Shown here: one piece after another, positions 51,484-61,007 of the stretch
Position numbering within the stretch: position 1 is the stretch's first letter
Layout of the letters: the number at the start of each line of letters is the position of its first letter
Source of the DNA: Sphingobacteriales bacterium
GTDB lineage: Bacteria; Bacteroidota; Bacteroidia; Sphingobacteriales; Sphingobacteriaceae
Direction of reading: 5' to 3'
Assembly: GCA_015654985.1 (NCBI GenBank)
Contig: JAATFW010000287.1
Span: 1 to 61,007, forward strand
Length of the DNA: 61,007 nt
Program-made: the position numbers and the translations under genes
Notes under the pieces: model-generated
Databases searched by the model: none
The model's input: the letters and a program-made list of their open reading frames with translations, nothing else
What the model was told of the DNA's origin: nothing

Positions 51484-52092
51484 GTGGAAAATCAGGATAA
51501 AAAGAAAGAATTAATTATAGATGCTGCCCTTAAACGTTTTGCTCACTTTGGACTGTCTAAGACTACCATGACTGAGATCGCCAATGATCTCTCATTGTCA
51601 AAAGCTCTCTTATATTATTATTTTCCTGATAAGATCAGCCTTTATTCTGCTGTTCTCGGATATATAGTCAGTCTAATGGATAAAGAACTTAAAAAAGGGA
51701 TTACAAATGCCTCCAATAGCTACGAAGCCCTTACCCTTTTCCTCGACAAAAGACAGGAATTTATTAGTAAATATTATAATCTCCTCGACTTTACAAAGAT
51801 AACCGGATCTGACCTTCCTGATGAGCTTGCATGTATGTTTAGAAGAGCCAAGCAATCAGAAATAACTATACTTATTTCTATCCTCGACAAGGGCATTGAA
51901 TCAGGCGAGCTGATTGTATCTAATATACAGGAGACTGCAGCTTTATTAATGGATGCGTTAAGCGGAATTGTGTTTAATGTATTAAAGGCTCACTCACGGC
52001 CATTCTTTCCTGAAAAAGAACAATTTGATACGATTCTTCAAAGACAAAAAAAGCTCGGAAAAATCTTCCTGAACGGCCTTAAAAACGCATAA
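51484..52092 (+). CDS. TetR/AcrR regulator
   Basis: IIDAALKRFAHFGLSKTTMTEIANDLSLSKALLYYYF. Confidence 0.92.
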   Translation: MENQDKKKELIIDAALKRFAHFGLSKTTMTEIANDLSLSKALLYYYFPDKISLYSAVLGYIVSLMDKELKKGITNASNSYEALTLFLDKRQEFISKYYNLLDFTKITGSDLPDELACMFRRAKQSEITILISILDKGIESGELIVSNIQETAALLMDALSGIVFNVLKAHSRPFFPEKEQFDTILQRQKKLGKIFLNGLKNA

Positions 52093-52171
52093 GCTATTAT
52101 TTATTTAGCGTAGGGCTGAATTCCCGATAAAATTTCTTTTTTTCTTGCTTATGGATTTTTTTGGCAGTATT

Positions 52172-52198
52172 TTTGACCAACTTATTAAAAAAGTCAAA
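52172..52198. promoter_or_regulatory. operator TTTGAC-N15-GTCAAA overlapping a TATTTTTG promoter
   Basis: Palindrome upstream of the second TetR and the RND operon. Confidence 0.6.
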
Positions 52199-52216
52199 TT
52201 ACCCAAAAGTTAACAG

Positions 52217-52846
52217 ATGAGTGAGAACGATAAAAAACGTGAATTAATAATTGAGAGTGCAATGCGGCGCTTTTCTCATTTTGGTATCCAAAAAACGACC
52301 ATGAATGAAATAGCTGATGATATAGCGGTAACCCAACCGTCGCTTTATTATTATTTCCCTGATAAAACCAGTTTAATTGTAGCAGTTATTGAGAAAATTT
52401 CAAATGAATACTTTGAAGAGCTGGAAAAAAAGCTCAAAGATATAATCTGTCTGAAAGAGGTTTTCTATAAAATCATAGCTTTCAGAAAAGGATTTGTTGA
52501 AAGATATTTTATGCTTCACCTTACAGATCCTTCCAGTGATGCAATTATCAGAGAGAACTGCAGCGGCATTTTAAACAATAGCCGCAGGAAAGAAACTGAT
52601 ATAGTGGCAGGGTTTATTAAATCATCAGTAAACCGTGGAGAATTAAGCAATGTGGATCCGGAGAAGATGAGTGCATTGTTCCTTGATTCATTAACAGGCT
52701 TGAGTATGTGGATAATAGCCAGAAGTGAAAAAAAACTTTACCCCGGAACCGAACAACTTCAGGATGTTGAGATCAGACAGCAGGAACTAGCTGACATTTT
52801 TCTCAGAGGGCTAAAATACAAAGGTACTAATCCAATTTCAGTGTAA
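52217..52846 (+). CDS. TetR/AcrR regulator
   Basis: IIESAMRRFSHFGIQKTTMNEIADDIAVTQPSLYYYF. Confidence 0.92.
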   Translation: MSENDKKRELIIESAMRRFSHFGIQKTTMNEIADDIAVTQPSLYYYFPDKTSLIVAVIEKISNEYFEELEKKLKDIICLKEVFYKIIAFRKGFVERYFMLHLTDPSSDAIIRENCSGILNNSRRKETDIVAGFIKSSVNRGELSNVDPEKMSALFLDSLTGLSMWIIARSEKKLYPGTEQLQDVEIRQQELADIFLRGLKYKGTNPISV

Positions 52847-52913
52847 CAAAACAGATCATTTTATGCTCAAATATTGACCTCCTTAGGATAATTAGTAAAC
52901 AGAAACAAAAAGA

Positions 52914-54245
52914 ATGAACAGAATAAAAAATAAATTTTTAGCGCTGACAGCAGTACTCATGCTGGTGGGTATCGGTGTTTCAGAGGCACAAACGGTTGAG
53001 CTAACGCTGAAAGACGCATTGAACTACGCAGTTAAAAACAATATAAATGTCAGGAAGGCAAGACTTGCCATCGAAAGAGGAAGATATAAAACTGCTGAAG
53101 TAAGGGCCCAGGCCTTACCTCAGCTCACCGGTTCAGGAAGCCTCGGCTACAGCCCTATCATCGGACAATTAGTAGTGGACACTTTGATTTTCCAGATGGG
53201 AAGAGCCTGGAATTCGTCAGTAGGAGTACAATTCAGCCAGCAATTGTTTAATCAGCAGGTTTTTACCGGTCTTAAAGCGTCTCAGGCCAGTGAAGACTAT
53301 TACAAACTTAATGCGGAGCTAAGCGAGGAGCAAATTATTGAACAGGTATCAGGAACTTATTACCAGATCTTACTTAACCGTGAATTACTTACTGTGATTG
53401 ACACCAATATAAAGAATACTTCCAGTATTGAAAGAACTATAACAGATCAGTACAGGAATGGCCTGGCAAGAAAGATCGATCTGGACCGCGTTAAAGTAAG
53501 TCTCACAAATCTTCGCACTCAGTTAGACCAGCTTAACAATGCCATTATTCAACAGGAAAATCAGTTAAAATATTATATGGGGATGCCGGTTAAAACAGAA
53601 ATAACAATTCCTGAAATGCAGTTAACAAATTTGATCCTTAATGCAGCTCTTACTGATACTGTTAATTACAGCGGACGTACAGAATTTCAAATTATCAAAA
53701 AACAGGAGGACCTGTTAAATCTGCAAAAAAAGGCATATACCGCTGAATACTATCCTACCTTATCCCTGACCAGTAATTATACATACACAGGAATGAGTAA
53801 TAAATTCGACCTTTATAAATCTGGCGGAGATTCATATTGGTATGATGAATCGTCTATCGGAATCTCATTGCGCATCCCGATCTTTGATGGTTTTGCAACG
53901 CGTTCGAGGGTGCGGCAGGCTAAAATAGATTTGCTTGAAAATAAAGAAGATCAAAGAAATGTTATACAATCTCTTAATCTTGCTAATGAGAATGCAAAGA
54001 TTCAGATAAAAAACAATCTTAATACCATTAATGCTCAAAAAGCAAATGTGAAACTTGCAGAAGAAGTATACTACAGCACTCAAAACAATTACAAAAATGG
54101 CCTGGCTACTCTTACTGATCTTCTGGATGCGGAGAACTCATTAACTGATGCCCAAAACAGCTATAATCAGGCTTTATTAAATTATAAAATAGCTGAGATC
54201 CAGCTGTTAAAATCTAATGGCAACATAAAATCACTGCTAAACTGA
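52914..54245 (+). CDS. TolC-family outer membrane efflux protein
   Basis: Signal peptide, two OEP repeats, YYPTLSL, LRIPIFDG. Confidence 0.92.
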   Translation: MNRIKNKFLALTAVLMLVGIGVSEAQTVELTLKDALNYAVKNNINVRKARLAIERGRYKTAEVRAQALPQLTGSGSLGYSPIIGQLVVDTLIFQMGRAWNSSVGVQFSQQLFNQQVFTGLKASQASEDYYKLNAELSEEQIIEQVSGTYYQILLNRELLTVIDTNIKNTSSIERTITDQYRNGLARKIDLDRVKVSLTNLRTQLDQLNNAIIQQENQLKYYMGMPVKTEITIPEMQLTNLILNAALTDTVNYSGRTEFQIIKKQEDLLNLQKKAYTAEYYPTLSLTSNYTYTGMSNKFDLYKSGGDSYWYDESSIGISLRIPIFDGFATRSRVRQAKIDLLENKEDQRNVIQSLNLANENAKIQIKNNLNTINAQKANVKLAEEVYYSTQNNYKNGLATLTDLLDAENSLTDAQNSYNQALLNYKIAEIQLLKSNGNIKSLLN

Positions 54246-54279
54246 TAGCTTCATTACCATTAAAAAACAAATCATATAA

Positions 54280-55344
54280 ATGAAAACGAAAACTATAATA
54301 ACTGTACTATCAGTAATCGTTGTGCTGATTTTAATTGGCTGGGTACTACAGAATAATAAGAAGGAAAACAAGGCTAAAACTGCAATAGTGGCGGAAGGTA
54401 GTTCAGGGGCTGTGGCTGTAAAAACAGAAACAGCAAAGAAAGCTGCCCTTGATCTTGACTTTACCGTTAACGGTACTTTCAAGGCAAATCAGGATCTTAC
54501 TTTGTCGGCCGAAAACTCAGGAAGGGTCACCCGAATTACAGTAGAAGAAGGAGACCATGTAGGTAAAGGACAGGTTGTTGCCCGTATAGACGATGAACTG
54601 CTGGCTGTAGAAACCCAAACGGCGCAGGCTAACTATCAAAATGCCCTGCGTGATCTTGAACGTTATGAAAGTTCATTTAAAACCGGCGGAGTTACTCAGC
54701 AGCAGGTGGACGCCCAACGTTTAAATGTCCGCAATGCGGAAGCGCGGTTACAAACAGCACGCAGGAAATCTAAAGATGCAGATATAAAAGCCCCCATCCC
54801 GGGTATTATCAATAAGCGCTTTATTGAGAGAGGTTCTTATGTTTCTCCGGGTACCGAATTATTTGAGATCATTGATCTTTCCAGACTAAAATTAAATGTT
54901 ACCGCCAATGAGGCCCAGGTAGTTAATCTGAAAACGGGCGACCCGGTAAAGATCAGCTCAAATGTATTTCCGGATAAAACATTCACCGGAAAGATAAGTT
55001 TTATTGCAGCGAAAGCAGATAACAGCCTCAATTTCCCCGTGGAAATTGAGGTTTCCAATACACCAGATAATAAGTTGAAAGCCGGAATGTACGGTACAGC
55101 AAACTTTGATTTACCACAGCAAAAACCGGTAATAACAGTACCAAGAACGGCGTTTGCGGGAAGTGTCAATAGTAATAAAGTTTATGTATTGGAAGCTAAT
55201 ACAGCCCGCGAAAGACAGGTTACTTCTGGTAGAATACTTGGAGAACGGGTGGAAATTTTAAACGGACTCAAAGAAGGCGAAACTGTAATTATAAGTGGCC
55301 AGGTTAACCTGGTTGACGGCACACAGGTTCAGGCGGTAAAATAA
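54280..55344 (+). CDS. RND periplasmic adaptor
   Basis: SGRVTRITVEEGDHV, IKAPIPG, LKAGMYG, GLKEGETVI. Confidence 0.92.
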   Translation: MKTKTIITVLSVIVVLILIGWVLQNNKKENKAKTAIVAEGSSGAVAVKTETAKKAALDLDFTVNGTFKANQDLTLSAENSGRVTRITVEEGDHVGKGQVVARIDDELLAVETQTAQANYQNALRDLERYESSFKTGGVTQQQVDAQRLNVRNAEARLQTARRKSKDADIKAPIPGIINKRFIERGSYVSPGTELFEIIDLSRLKLNVTANEAQVVNLKTGDPVKISSNVFPDKTFTGKISFIAAKADNSLNFPVEIEVSNTPDNKLKAGMYGTANFDLPQQKPVITVPRTAFAGSVNSNKVYVLEANTARERQVTSGRILGERVEILNGLKEGETVIISGQVNLVDGTQVQAVK

Positions 55345-55468
55345 AGGATTGAGGGTTTAGAGGGCAAAAGGCAGAGCCGGAAAGGTATAAACGCAATAGT
55401 TGAAAATACCGGAAAGTGCTGACTGAAATTACTCATAGAGATCCAGGGACGTCAAAATATAAAAAGAA

Positions 55469-58400
55469 ATGAAATTAGCCGAAATATCAATAAAAAGGCC
55501 CACAATTGTTGTAGTGCTGTTTACAGTACTCTCGCTGCTGGGCTTTATAAGCTACAAATCCCTCAATTATGAGATGTTACCGAAATTTTCTCCGGGAGTG
55601 GTCTCTATTGTGACCACCTATCCTGGTGCCTCACCAAATGAGGTAGAAAATACGGTAACCAAGAAAATTGAAGATGCCGTAGCTTCGATGGAAAATATTA
55701 AAAAGCTGAATGCAACTTCCTATGAAAGTCTTTCAATGGTTATCATTCAGCTAAACAGCGGCGCCGATGTAGATTATGCGCTGAACGACGCGCAAAGAAA
55801 GGTCAACGCAATTCTCTCGGAGTTACCAGAAGATGTTAAAGCTCCATCGCTGAACAAGTTTTCATTGGATGACCTTCCGATCATTACCATGTCTGCTACA
55901 TCTGATATGGACGATGCAGCATTCTATGATTTAATGGACAATCGTATCGTACCTAAGATTTCCCGTGTTGACGGGGTAGCACAGGTGAATATTATAGGAG
56001 GCCGTGAACGTGAAATACAGGTAAATCTTGATGAAAATAAGCTGGAAGGCTATGGGCTCTCTTTAACGAAGGTCCAGCAGGCTATACAATCTTCAAATCT
56101 CGATTTTCCGACAGGAAGTATCCGTACCGAGCACAGGGATATTTTAATCCGCTTAGCAGGAAAGTATGAAAATGTTGAAGAACTACGCAATCTTGTTGTT
56201 TCTGACAAAGATGGGATTCAGGTACGGCTAAAAGATGTTGCCGACGTTCAGGACGCTCAGAAAGATGTTGAAAAAATAGCCCGTGTAGACCGGAAGGCAG
56301 CAATTGCCTTACAGGTTCTTAAGCAAACAGATGCCAATGCCGTGGAAGTGAGTGAAGGCGTTCGTAATATCATTACCTCTCTCAGGAGCGACTATAAAAA
56401 CATAAACCTCGATCTGACGGTTGCATCCGACAGCTCAACCTACACACTGGAATCTGCAGATGCAGTTATCCACGATTTAATGCTGGCTGTATTGCTTGTT
56501 GCCTTTGTGATGCTGTTTTTCCTGCATAGCTTACGTAATGCGGGGATTGTAATGGTTTCTATTCCTGCATCTCTTATCGCTACGTTCATCGGGATTAAAC
56601 TTTTCGGGTTCACCCTTAACCTGATGTCGTTGCTCGGACTGTCTCTTGTAGTGGGAATACTTGTCGACGATGCCATCGTGGTACTGGAGAACATTTACAG
56701 GCACATGGAAATGGGAAAAAACAGGGTGCGTGCAGCTTATGAAGCAACCAAAGAGATAGGCTTTACGGTTACATCCATTACCCTGGTAATTGTAGTCGTA
56801 TTCTTCCCGATAGCTATCAGTACAGGACTTGTTTCTGACATCCTCCGGGAATTTTGCGTAGTGGTGATCATTGCAACGCTGTTAAGCTTGCTGGCGTCCT
56901 TCACAATAGTACCTCTTCTTTCTTCCCGGTTCGGAAAACTGGAGCGGATTCAGGGGAAAAACTTTTTCGGTCGCATTATCCTGCGCTTTGAACGGGGTCT
57001 GGACAAATTTACAGCCTGGATCAGCAACTTTCTCAAATGGTCTCTGGGACACAAAAAGACTGTCCTCGGGGTAACACTGCTTCTGCTTGCTGCTTCAATT
57101 GGCTTACTCGCCGGCGGCTTCATTGGCACTGACTTTTTCCCCTCGAGCGACCGCGGAGAATTCCTTGTTCAGCTTGAAATGCCAAAAGATGCATCTGTAG
57201 AGCAAACTAATCTTGCAACAAGCAAGGCTGAAGCAATATTAAGTAAAAAACCGGAAGTGATCCGTTTAATCACCACTGTAGGGCAGACAAGCGATGGCCT
57301 GGGAGGCCAGCAGGCTACTGCCTATAAATCTGAAATAGATGTTCACCTGGTCGACAGGAAGCAACGCGCAGACCCTTCGGATATCTATGCTGCAAAAATC
57401 AAAAAGGAACTGGGGCCGTTGCTTGTGGGAACAAAAGTTACCACTACTCCCGTAAGTATTCTTGGCAGTGCAGAACGGGCACCGGTTGAAGTAGTTGTTA
57501 TGGGCTCTGAACTCGACAGCGTGATGAAATTCGCAAATGTTGTAAAAGCCAAACTTGCTGAAATCCCCGGAACCACGGAGATCAAACTTTCGGTAGAGGA
57601 AGGCAGTCCTGAAGTAAAAGTCCAGGTTGACAGGGATAAGATGTCATCCCTTGGACTTAATCTTCAAACGGTAGGTGCAACGATGCAAACGGCATTTAAC
57701 GGCAATACCGATAGCAAGTTCCGCCAGGGCGAGTATGAATACGATATCAACATCCGCCTTGATAACTTTAACAGGCAAAGTGTCGACGATGTAAAAAGCC
57801 TGACATTTATGAATACAAGGGATGAAAAAATCCATCTTGATCAATTTGCTTCTGTAACGGAAAGCTCCGGGCCAAGTCAGTTAGAACGCCAGGACAAAAG
57901 CACTAAAGTATCAGTGCAGTCTCAGGTAGTAGGCAGACCTTCAGGGACAATATTCTCTGAGCTTGAAACGCAGATTAAGGATCTAAAAAGACCCGCAGGA
58001 GTTAGTTATGTATATGGAGGAAACATGGAGAACCAGTCTGAAGGCTTCGGAACTCTCGGTTTAGCCCTGCTGATGTCAATTGTTCTGGTTTATCTGATCA
58101 TGGTTGCATTGTATGATAACTACATACATCCTTTCGTAGTGATGTTTTCTATTCCGCTCTCAATTATAGGCGCCTTACTTGCTTTGGCGCTGACTAACAA
58201 TTCACTCAATATTTTTACTATTCTCGGGCTGATCATGCTGATCGGATTGGTAGCGAAAAACGCAATTATCCTGGTCGACTTTACCAATCAGCAGAAGGCG
58301 GAAGGTAAGAGCACCAGGGAGGCGTTGATCCTGGCAAACCATGCCCGTCTTCGTCCAATCCTGATGACTACTATCGCTATGGTGATCGGGATGCTTCCGA

Positions 58401-58645
58401 TTGCCATAGCAAAAGGAGCCGGTGCTGAATGGAAAAACGGGCTTGCCTGGGTTATTATTGGCGGACTTACAAGTTCGCTCTTCCTGACACTGATCATTGT
58501 GCCTGTTATTTACGAAGCCTTTGATAAGATTATGGATAAATTGGGATTCAATAAAAACCATGTTGATATCCAGGCACAGATGACAGAAGCTTATACCAGT
58601 GAGACTAAAGAGAAAGAATACGCAATGATGGAATATGATAAATAA
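55469..58645 (+). CDS. RND permease (AcrB/AcrD/AcrF family)
   Basis: GILVDDAIVVLENI, KNAIILVDF, RLRPILMT. Confidence 0.95.
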   Translation: MKLAEISIKRPTIVVVLFTVLSLLGFISYKSLNYEMLPKFSPGVVSIVTTYPGASPNEVENTVTKKIEDAVASMENIKKLNATSYESLSMVIIQLNSGADVDYALNDAQRKVNAILSELPEDVKAPSLNKFSLDDLPIITMSATSDMDDAAFYDLMDNRIVPKISRVDGVAQVNIIGGREREIQVNLDENKLEGYGLSLTKVQQAIQSSNLDFPTGSIRTEHRDILIRLAGKYENVEELRNLVVSDKDGIQVRLKDVADVQDAQKDVEKIARVDRKAAIALQVLKQTDANAVEVSEGVRNIITSLRSDYKNINLDLTVASDSSTYTLESADAVIHDLMLAVLLVAFVMLFFLHSLRNAGIVMVSIPASLIATFIGIKLFGFTLNLMSLLGLSLVVGILVDDAIVVLENIYRHMEMGKNRVRAAYEATKEIGFTVTSITLVIVVVFFPIAISTGLVSDILREFCVVVIIATLLSLLASFTIVPLLSSRFGKLERIQGKNFFGRIILRFERGLDKFTAWISNFLKWSLGHKKTVLGVTLLLLAASIGLLAGGFIGTDFFPSSDRGEFLVQLEMPKDASVEQTNLATSKAEAILSKKPEVIRLITTVGQTSDGLGGQQATAYKSEIDVHLVDRKQRADPSDIYAAKIKKELGPLLVGTKVTTTPVSILGSAERAPVEVVVMGSELDSVMKFANVVKAKLAEIPGTTEIKLSVEEGSPEVKVQVDRDKMSSLGLNLQTVGATMQTAFNGNTDSKFRQGEYEYDINIRLDNFNRQSVDDVKSLTFMNTRDEKIHLDQFASVTESSGPSQLERQDKSTKVSVQSQVVGRPSGTIFSELETQIKDLKRPAGVSYVYGGNMENQSEGFGTLGLALLMSIVLVYLIMVALYDNYIHPFVVMFSIPLSIIGALLALALTNNSLNIFTILGLIMLIGLVAKNAIILVDFTNQQKAEGKSTREALILANHARLRPILMTTIAMVIGMLPIAIAKGAGAEWKNGLAWVIIGGLTSSLFLTLIIVPVIYEAFDKIMDKLGFNKNHVDIQAQMTEAYTSETKEKEYAMMEYDK

Positions 58646-58657
58646 TTCTGCGATTGA

Positions 58658-58703
58658 TTTTCAAACAAAAAAGGCACCGCCGGGTGCCTTTTTTGTTTGA
58701 AAA
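58658..58703 (+). terminator. intrinsic terminator (perfect 21-bp inverted repeat)
   Basis: ttttcaaacaaaaaaggcacc-gccg-ggtgccttttttgtttgaaaa. Confidence 0.85.
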
Positions 58704-58739
58704 AGAACAGCTATATTCGCTGAATTAACCACAACAGCC

Positions 58740-59483
58740 ATGTTCAAACTGTTTTTATCCAGCACGCTTTGTCTTTTTACGGCATTTTCAACTCCAGGCA
58801 CTGTATCCGCTGGTTTTACAAATAAAGCCCGGCAGCCCAGGGTACTGGTGTTCTATAAAACTGCAGGCTTTTACCATCAGTCTATTCCTGCCGGAATTGC
58901 CGCTATCCGGAAGCTGGGCAAAAACAACCATTTCCTGGTGGATACAACGAATAACGCTGATAACTTTACAGAGCGCCTGTTAAGTAAATATGCCGCTGTA
59001 ATTTTTCTTAATACCACCCACGACGTATTAAATGAGCAACAGCAAACCGCTTTTGAGAACTATATCCGTTCGGGGAAAGGATTTGTTGGCATACATGCTG
59101 CTACTGATACTGAATACAACTGGCCCTGGTATAATAAGCTCGTTGGTGCCTATTTTACAAACCACCCAAAAGTGCAAAAGGCGAAGATCATAATAAGTGA
59201 TAAGACACATCCATCTACAAGCTTTCTTCCTGATGTTTGGGAGCATACGGATGAATGGTATAATTTCAAAGACATTAATCCAGACATTAAGGTGCTGGCA
59301 TGGCTGGATGAAAAAAGCTATGAGGGAGGGAATAACGGCGAAAAACATCCGTTTGTATGGTACCATGAATTTGATGGAGGAAGAGCTTTTTATACTGGCT
59401 TAGGCCATACAATAGAGGACTACAGTGACCCGCTTTTCCTTAAACATGTCATGGGAGGGATCCGGTACGCCATTGGAAAATAA
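58740..59483 (+). CDS. ThuA-domain protein
   Basis: KTAGFYHQSI, GFVGIHAA, DEWYNF, GRAFYTGLGH. Confidence 0.9.
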   Translation: MFKLFLSSTLCLFTAFSTPGTVSAGFTNKARQPRVLVFYKTAGFYHQSIPAGIAAIRKLGKNNHFLVDTTNNADNFTERLLSKYAAVIFLNTTHDVLNEQQQTAFENYIRSGKGFVGIHAATDTEYNWPWYNKLVGAYFTNHPKVQKAKIIISDKTHPSTSFLPDVWEHTDEWYNFKDINPDIKVLAWLDEKSYEGGNNGEKHPFVWYHEFDGGRAFYTGLGHTIEDYSDPLFLKHVMGGIRYAIGK

Positions 59484-59511
59484 AAAGTACCGGTTATTCC
59501 GGTACTTTTTA
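59481..59511. terminator. bidirectional terminator
   Basis: taaaaagtaccgg-ttatt-ccggtacttttta between convergent genes. Confidence 0.85.
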
Positions 59512-59522
59512 TACCCCTAACC

Positions 59523-60932
59523 CTAAATATGAATAGCCCTGTTTTCAGTGGCAGCAAGTGCCGCTTCTTTGAAAGCTTCGGTATATGTTGGATGGGCATG
59601 ACTAATACGGCCAATATCTTCGGCCGAAGCACGGAATTCCATAGCCACCACCGCTTCAGCGATCATATCGGCAGCACGCGGGCCTATCATGTGCACTCCA
59701 AGAATTTCGTCAGTTGCTGCATCGGCCAATACCTTTACGAGCCCGTCTGTATCCATACTTGCCCGGGCTCTGCCACTTGCTTTAAAAGGGAATGAACCTG
59801 TTTTATATTTAATACTTTTTTCTTTAAGCTGATCTTCGGTAAAACCCACACTTGCAACCTCAGGCCAGGTATATACAACCCCGGGAATAAGATTATAATT
59901 TATATGGGGTTTCTGCCCTGCTATTGTTTCTGCTACGAATACTCCCTCCTCTTCAGCCTTATGGGCGAGCATCGCACCTTTTATCACATCTCCGATAGCG
60001 TAAATACCGCTTACAGAAGTTTCCAGGTGCTCGTTAACAGAAATCTTTTTTCCCCTCTCCTCAACCTGGATCCCGATATTCTCAAGGCCGAGTCCGCTGG
60101 TATAAGCCGTACGCCCTACAGCAACAATACAATAGTCGCCTTCCAGGGCAATTTTCTCCCCTTTAGGGCTATCGGCAGTTACGTTAACCTTTTTCCCTTT
60201 TACAGAAGCTCCGGTGACCTTGTGGCTGAGAAGAAATTCAAAACCAACCCGTGTCAATGATTTCTGTAATTCCTTGCTCAGGGTTTTATCCATCGTTGCA
60301 ATAATAGAATCAAGAAATTCTACCACTGTTACTTTAGCTCCAAGCCTTGCATATACAGACCCGAGTTCAAGCCCGATAACGCCTCCTCCAATTACAATCA
60401 GATGTTTAGGGACTTCAGGAAGGTTTAATGCTTCGGTAGATGTAATGATCCTCTTTTTATCTACAGGCAAAAAAGGTAATGCAGCAGGTTTGGATCCGGT
60501 TGCGATAATAACTTTCTCAGAAGTAATCGTTTCTTCTGTTCCATCTGCGTTGCGGATTTTAATAGTATTTTTATCCTGAAACGTCCCGATACCACTATAG
60601 GGAGTAATTTTATTCTTCCTGATCAGAAATGCAATGCCTGAGGTATTTTCCTGTACAACCTGATTTTTTCTGGAAATCATTTGCGGCAGATCAACCTTAA
60701 GATCCTTTATCGAAATACCATGAGTTTGAAACGTATGAGCGGCATTATAATAATGTTCTGAAGAGTCAAGAAGGGCCTTGGAAGGAATACACCCTACATT
60801 GAGGCATGTACCTCCAAAGGTACTGTACTTTTCTATAATAGCTGTCTTAAGTCCTAGCTGTGCACAACGGATCGCGGCAACATATCCGCCCGGTCCACTG
60901 CCTATAACTGTTACATCGTATTGCATATTCAT
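59523..60932 (-). CDS. lpdA: dihydrolipoyl dehydrogenase
   Basis: GSGPGG, GGTCLNVGCIPSK, GGGVIG, HAHPTYTE. Confidence 0.97.
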   Translation of the reverse strand: MNMQYDVTVIGSGPGGYVAAIRCAQLGLKTAIIEKYSTFGGTCLNVGCIPSKALLDSSEHYYNAAHTFQTHGISIKDLKVDLPQMISRKNQVVQENTSGIAFLIRKNKITPYSGIGTFQDKNTIKIRNADGTEETITSEKVIIATGSKPAALPFLPVDKKRIITSTEALNLPEVPKHLIVIGGGVIGLELGSVYARLGAKVTVVEFLDSIIATMDKTLSKELQKSLTRVGFEFLLSHKVTGASVKGKKVNVTADSPKGEKIALEGDYCIVAVGRTAYTSGLGLENIGIQVEERGKKISVNEHLETSVSGIYAIGDVIKGAMLAHKAEEEGVFVAETIAGQKPHINYNLIPGVVYTWPEVASVGFTEDQLKEKSIKYKTGSFPFKASGRARASMDTDGLVKVLADAATDEILGVHMIGPRAADMIAEAVVAMEFRASAEDIGRISHAHPTYTEAFKEAALAATENRAIHI

Positions 60933-61007
60933 TTTTGTTTATTTCAAAGTTAAATCAAACTCTTATAAAATCTGCCATTTAAATCTCAGGATGCCTCTTA
61001 AATTCCA

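Overview
Bacteroidota chromosomal window, most likely Sphingobacteriaceae (Pedobacter/Arcticibacter-like gene content and TAnnTTTG promoters). Bases 1-~10.8 kb are an AT-rich, decaying defence/insertion hotspot. It holds a frameshifted PtuB-like HNH nuclease, a split XRE-wHTH regulator, an Mrr-like endonuclease, an intact RloA/RloB (AbiL-like) pair, a YhcG pseudogene, IS256 and IS3 remnants, several 5'/3' gene stubs and a ~162-bp direct repeat of the sbcD 5' region. Bases ~10.8-18.6 kb carry accessory genes (DUF2490, TetR-MFS-isochorismatase, SDR, PRC-barrel, OmpA, DUF2147). From ~18.9 kb the window is core genome (carA, eno, ftsB, fabG, msrB, rlmH, lpxK, pruA, recJ, lptB, murB, an RND pump, lpdA). 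No rRNA, tRNA or CRISPR array was seen. The least explained signals are non-coding: a ~155-bp dispersed element present three times, always between divergent genes; an 8x exactly 10-bp-phased GGACAAAT array plus an 11-mer/18-bp hairpin upstream of a GH43 gene; a structured eno leader; heptamer-repeat hairpins; and an unannotated 40-aa membrane protein. All family assignments come from motif recognition by eye; no database search was run.
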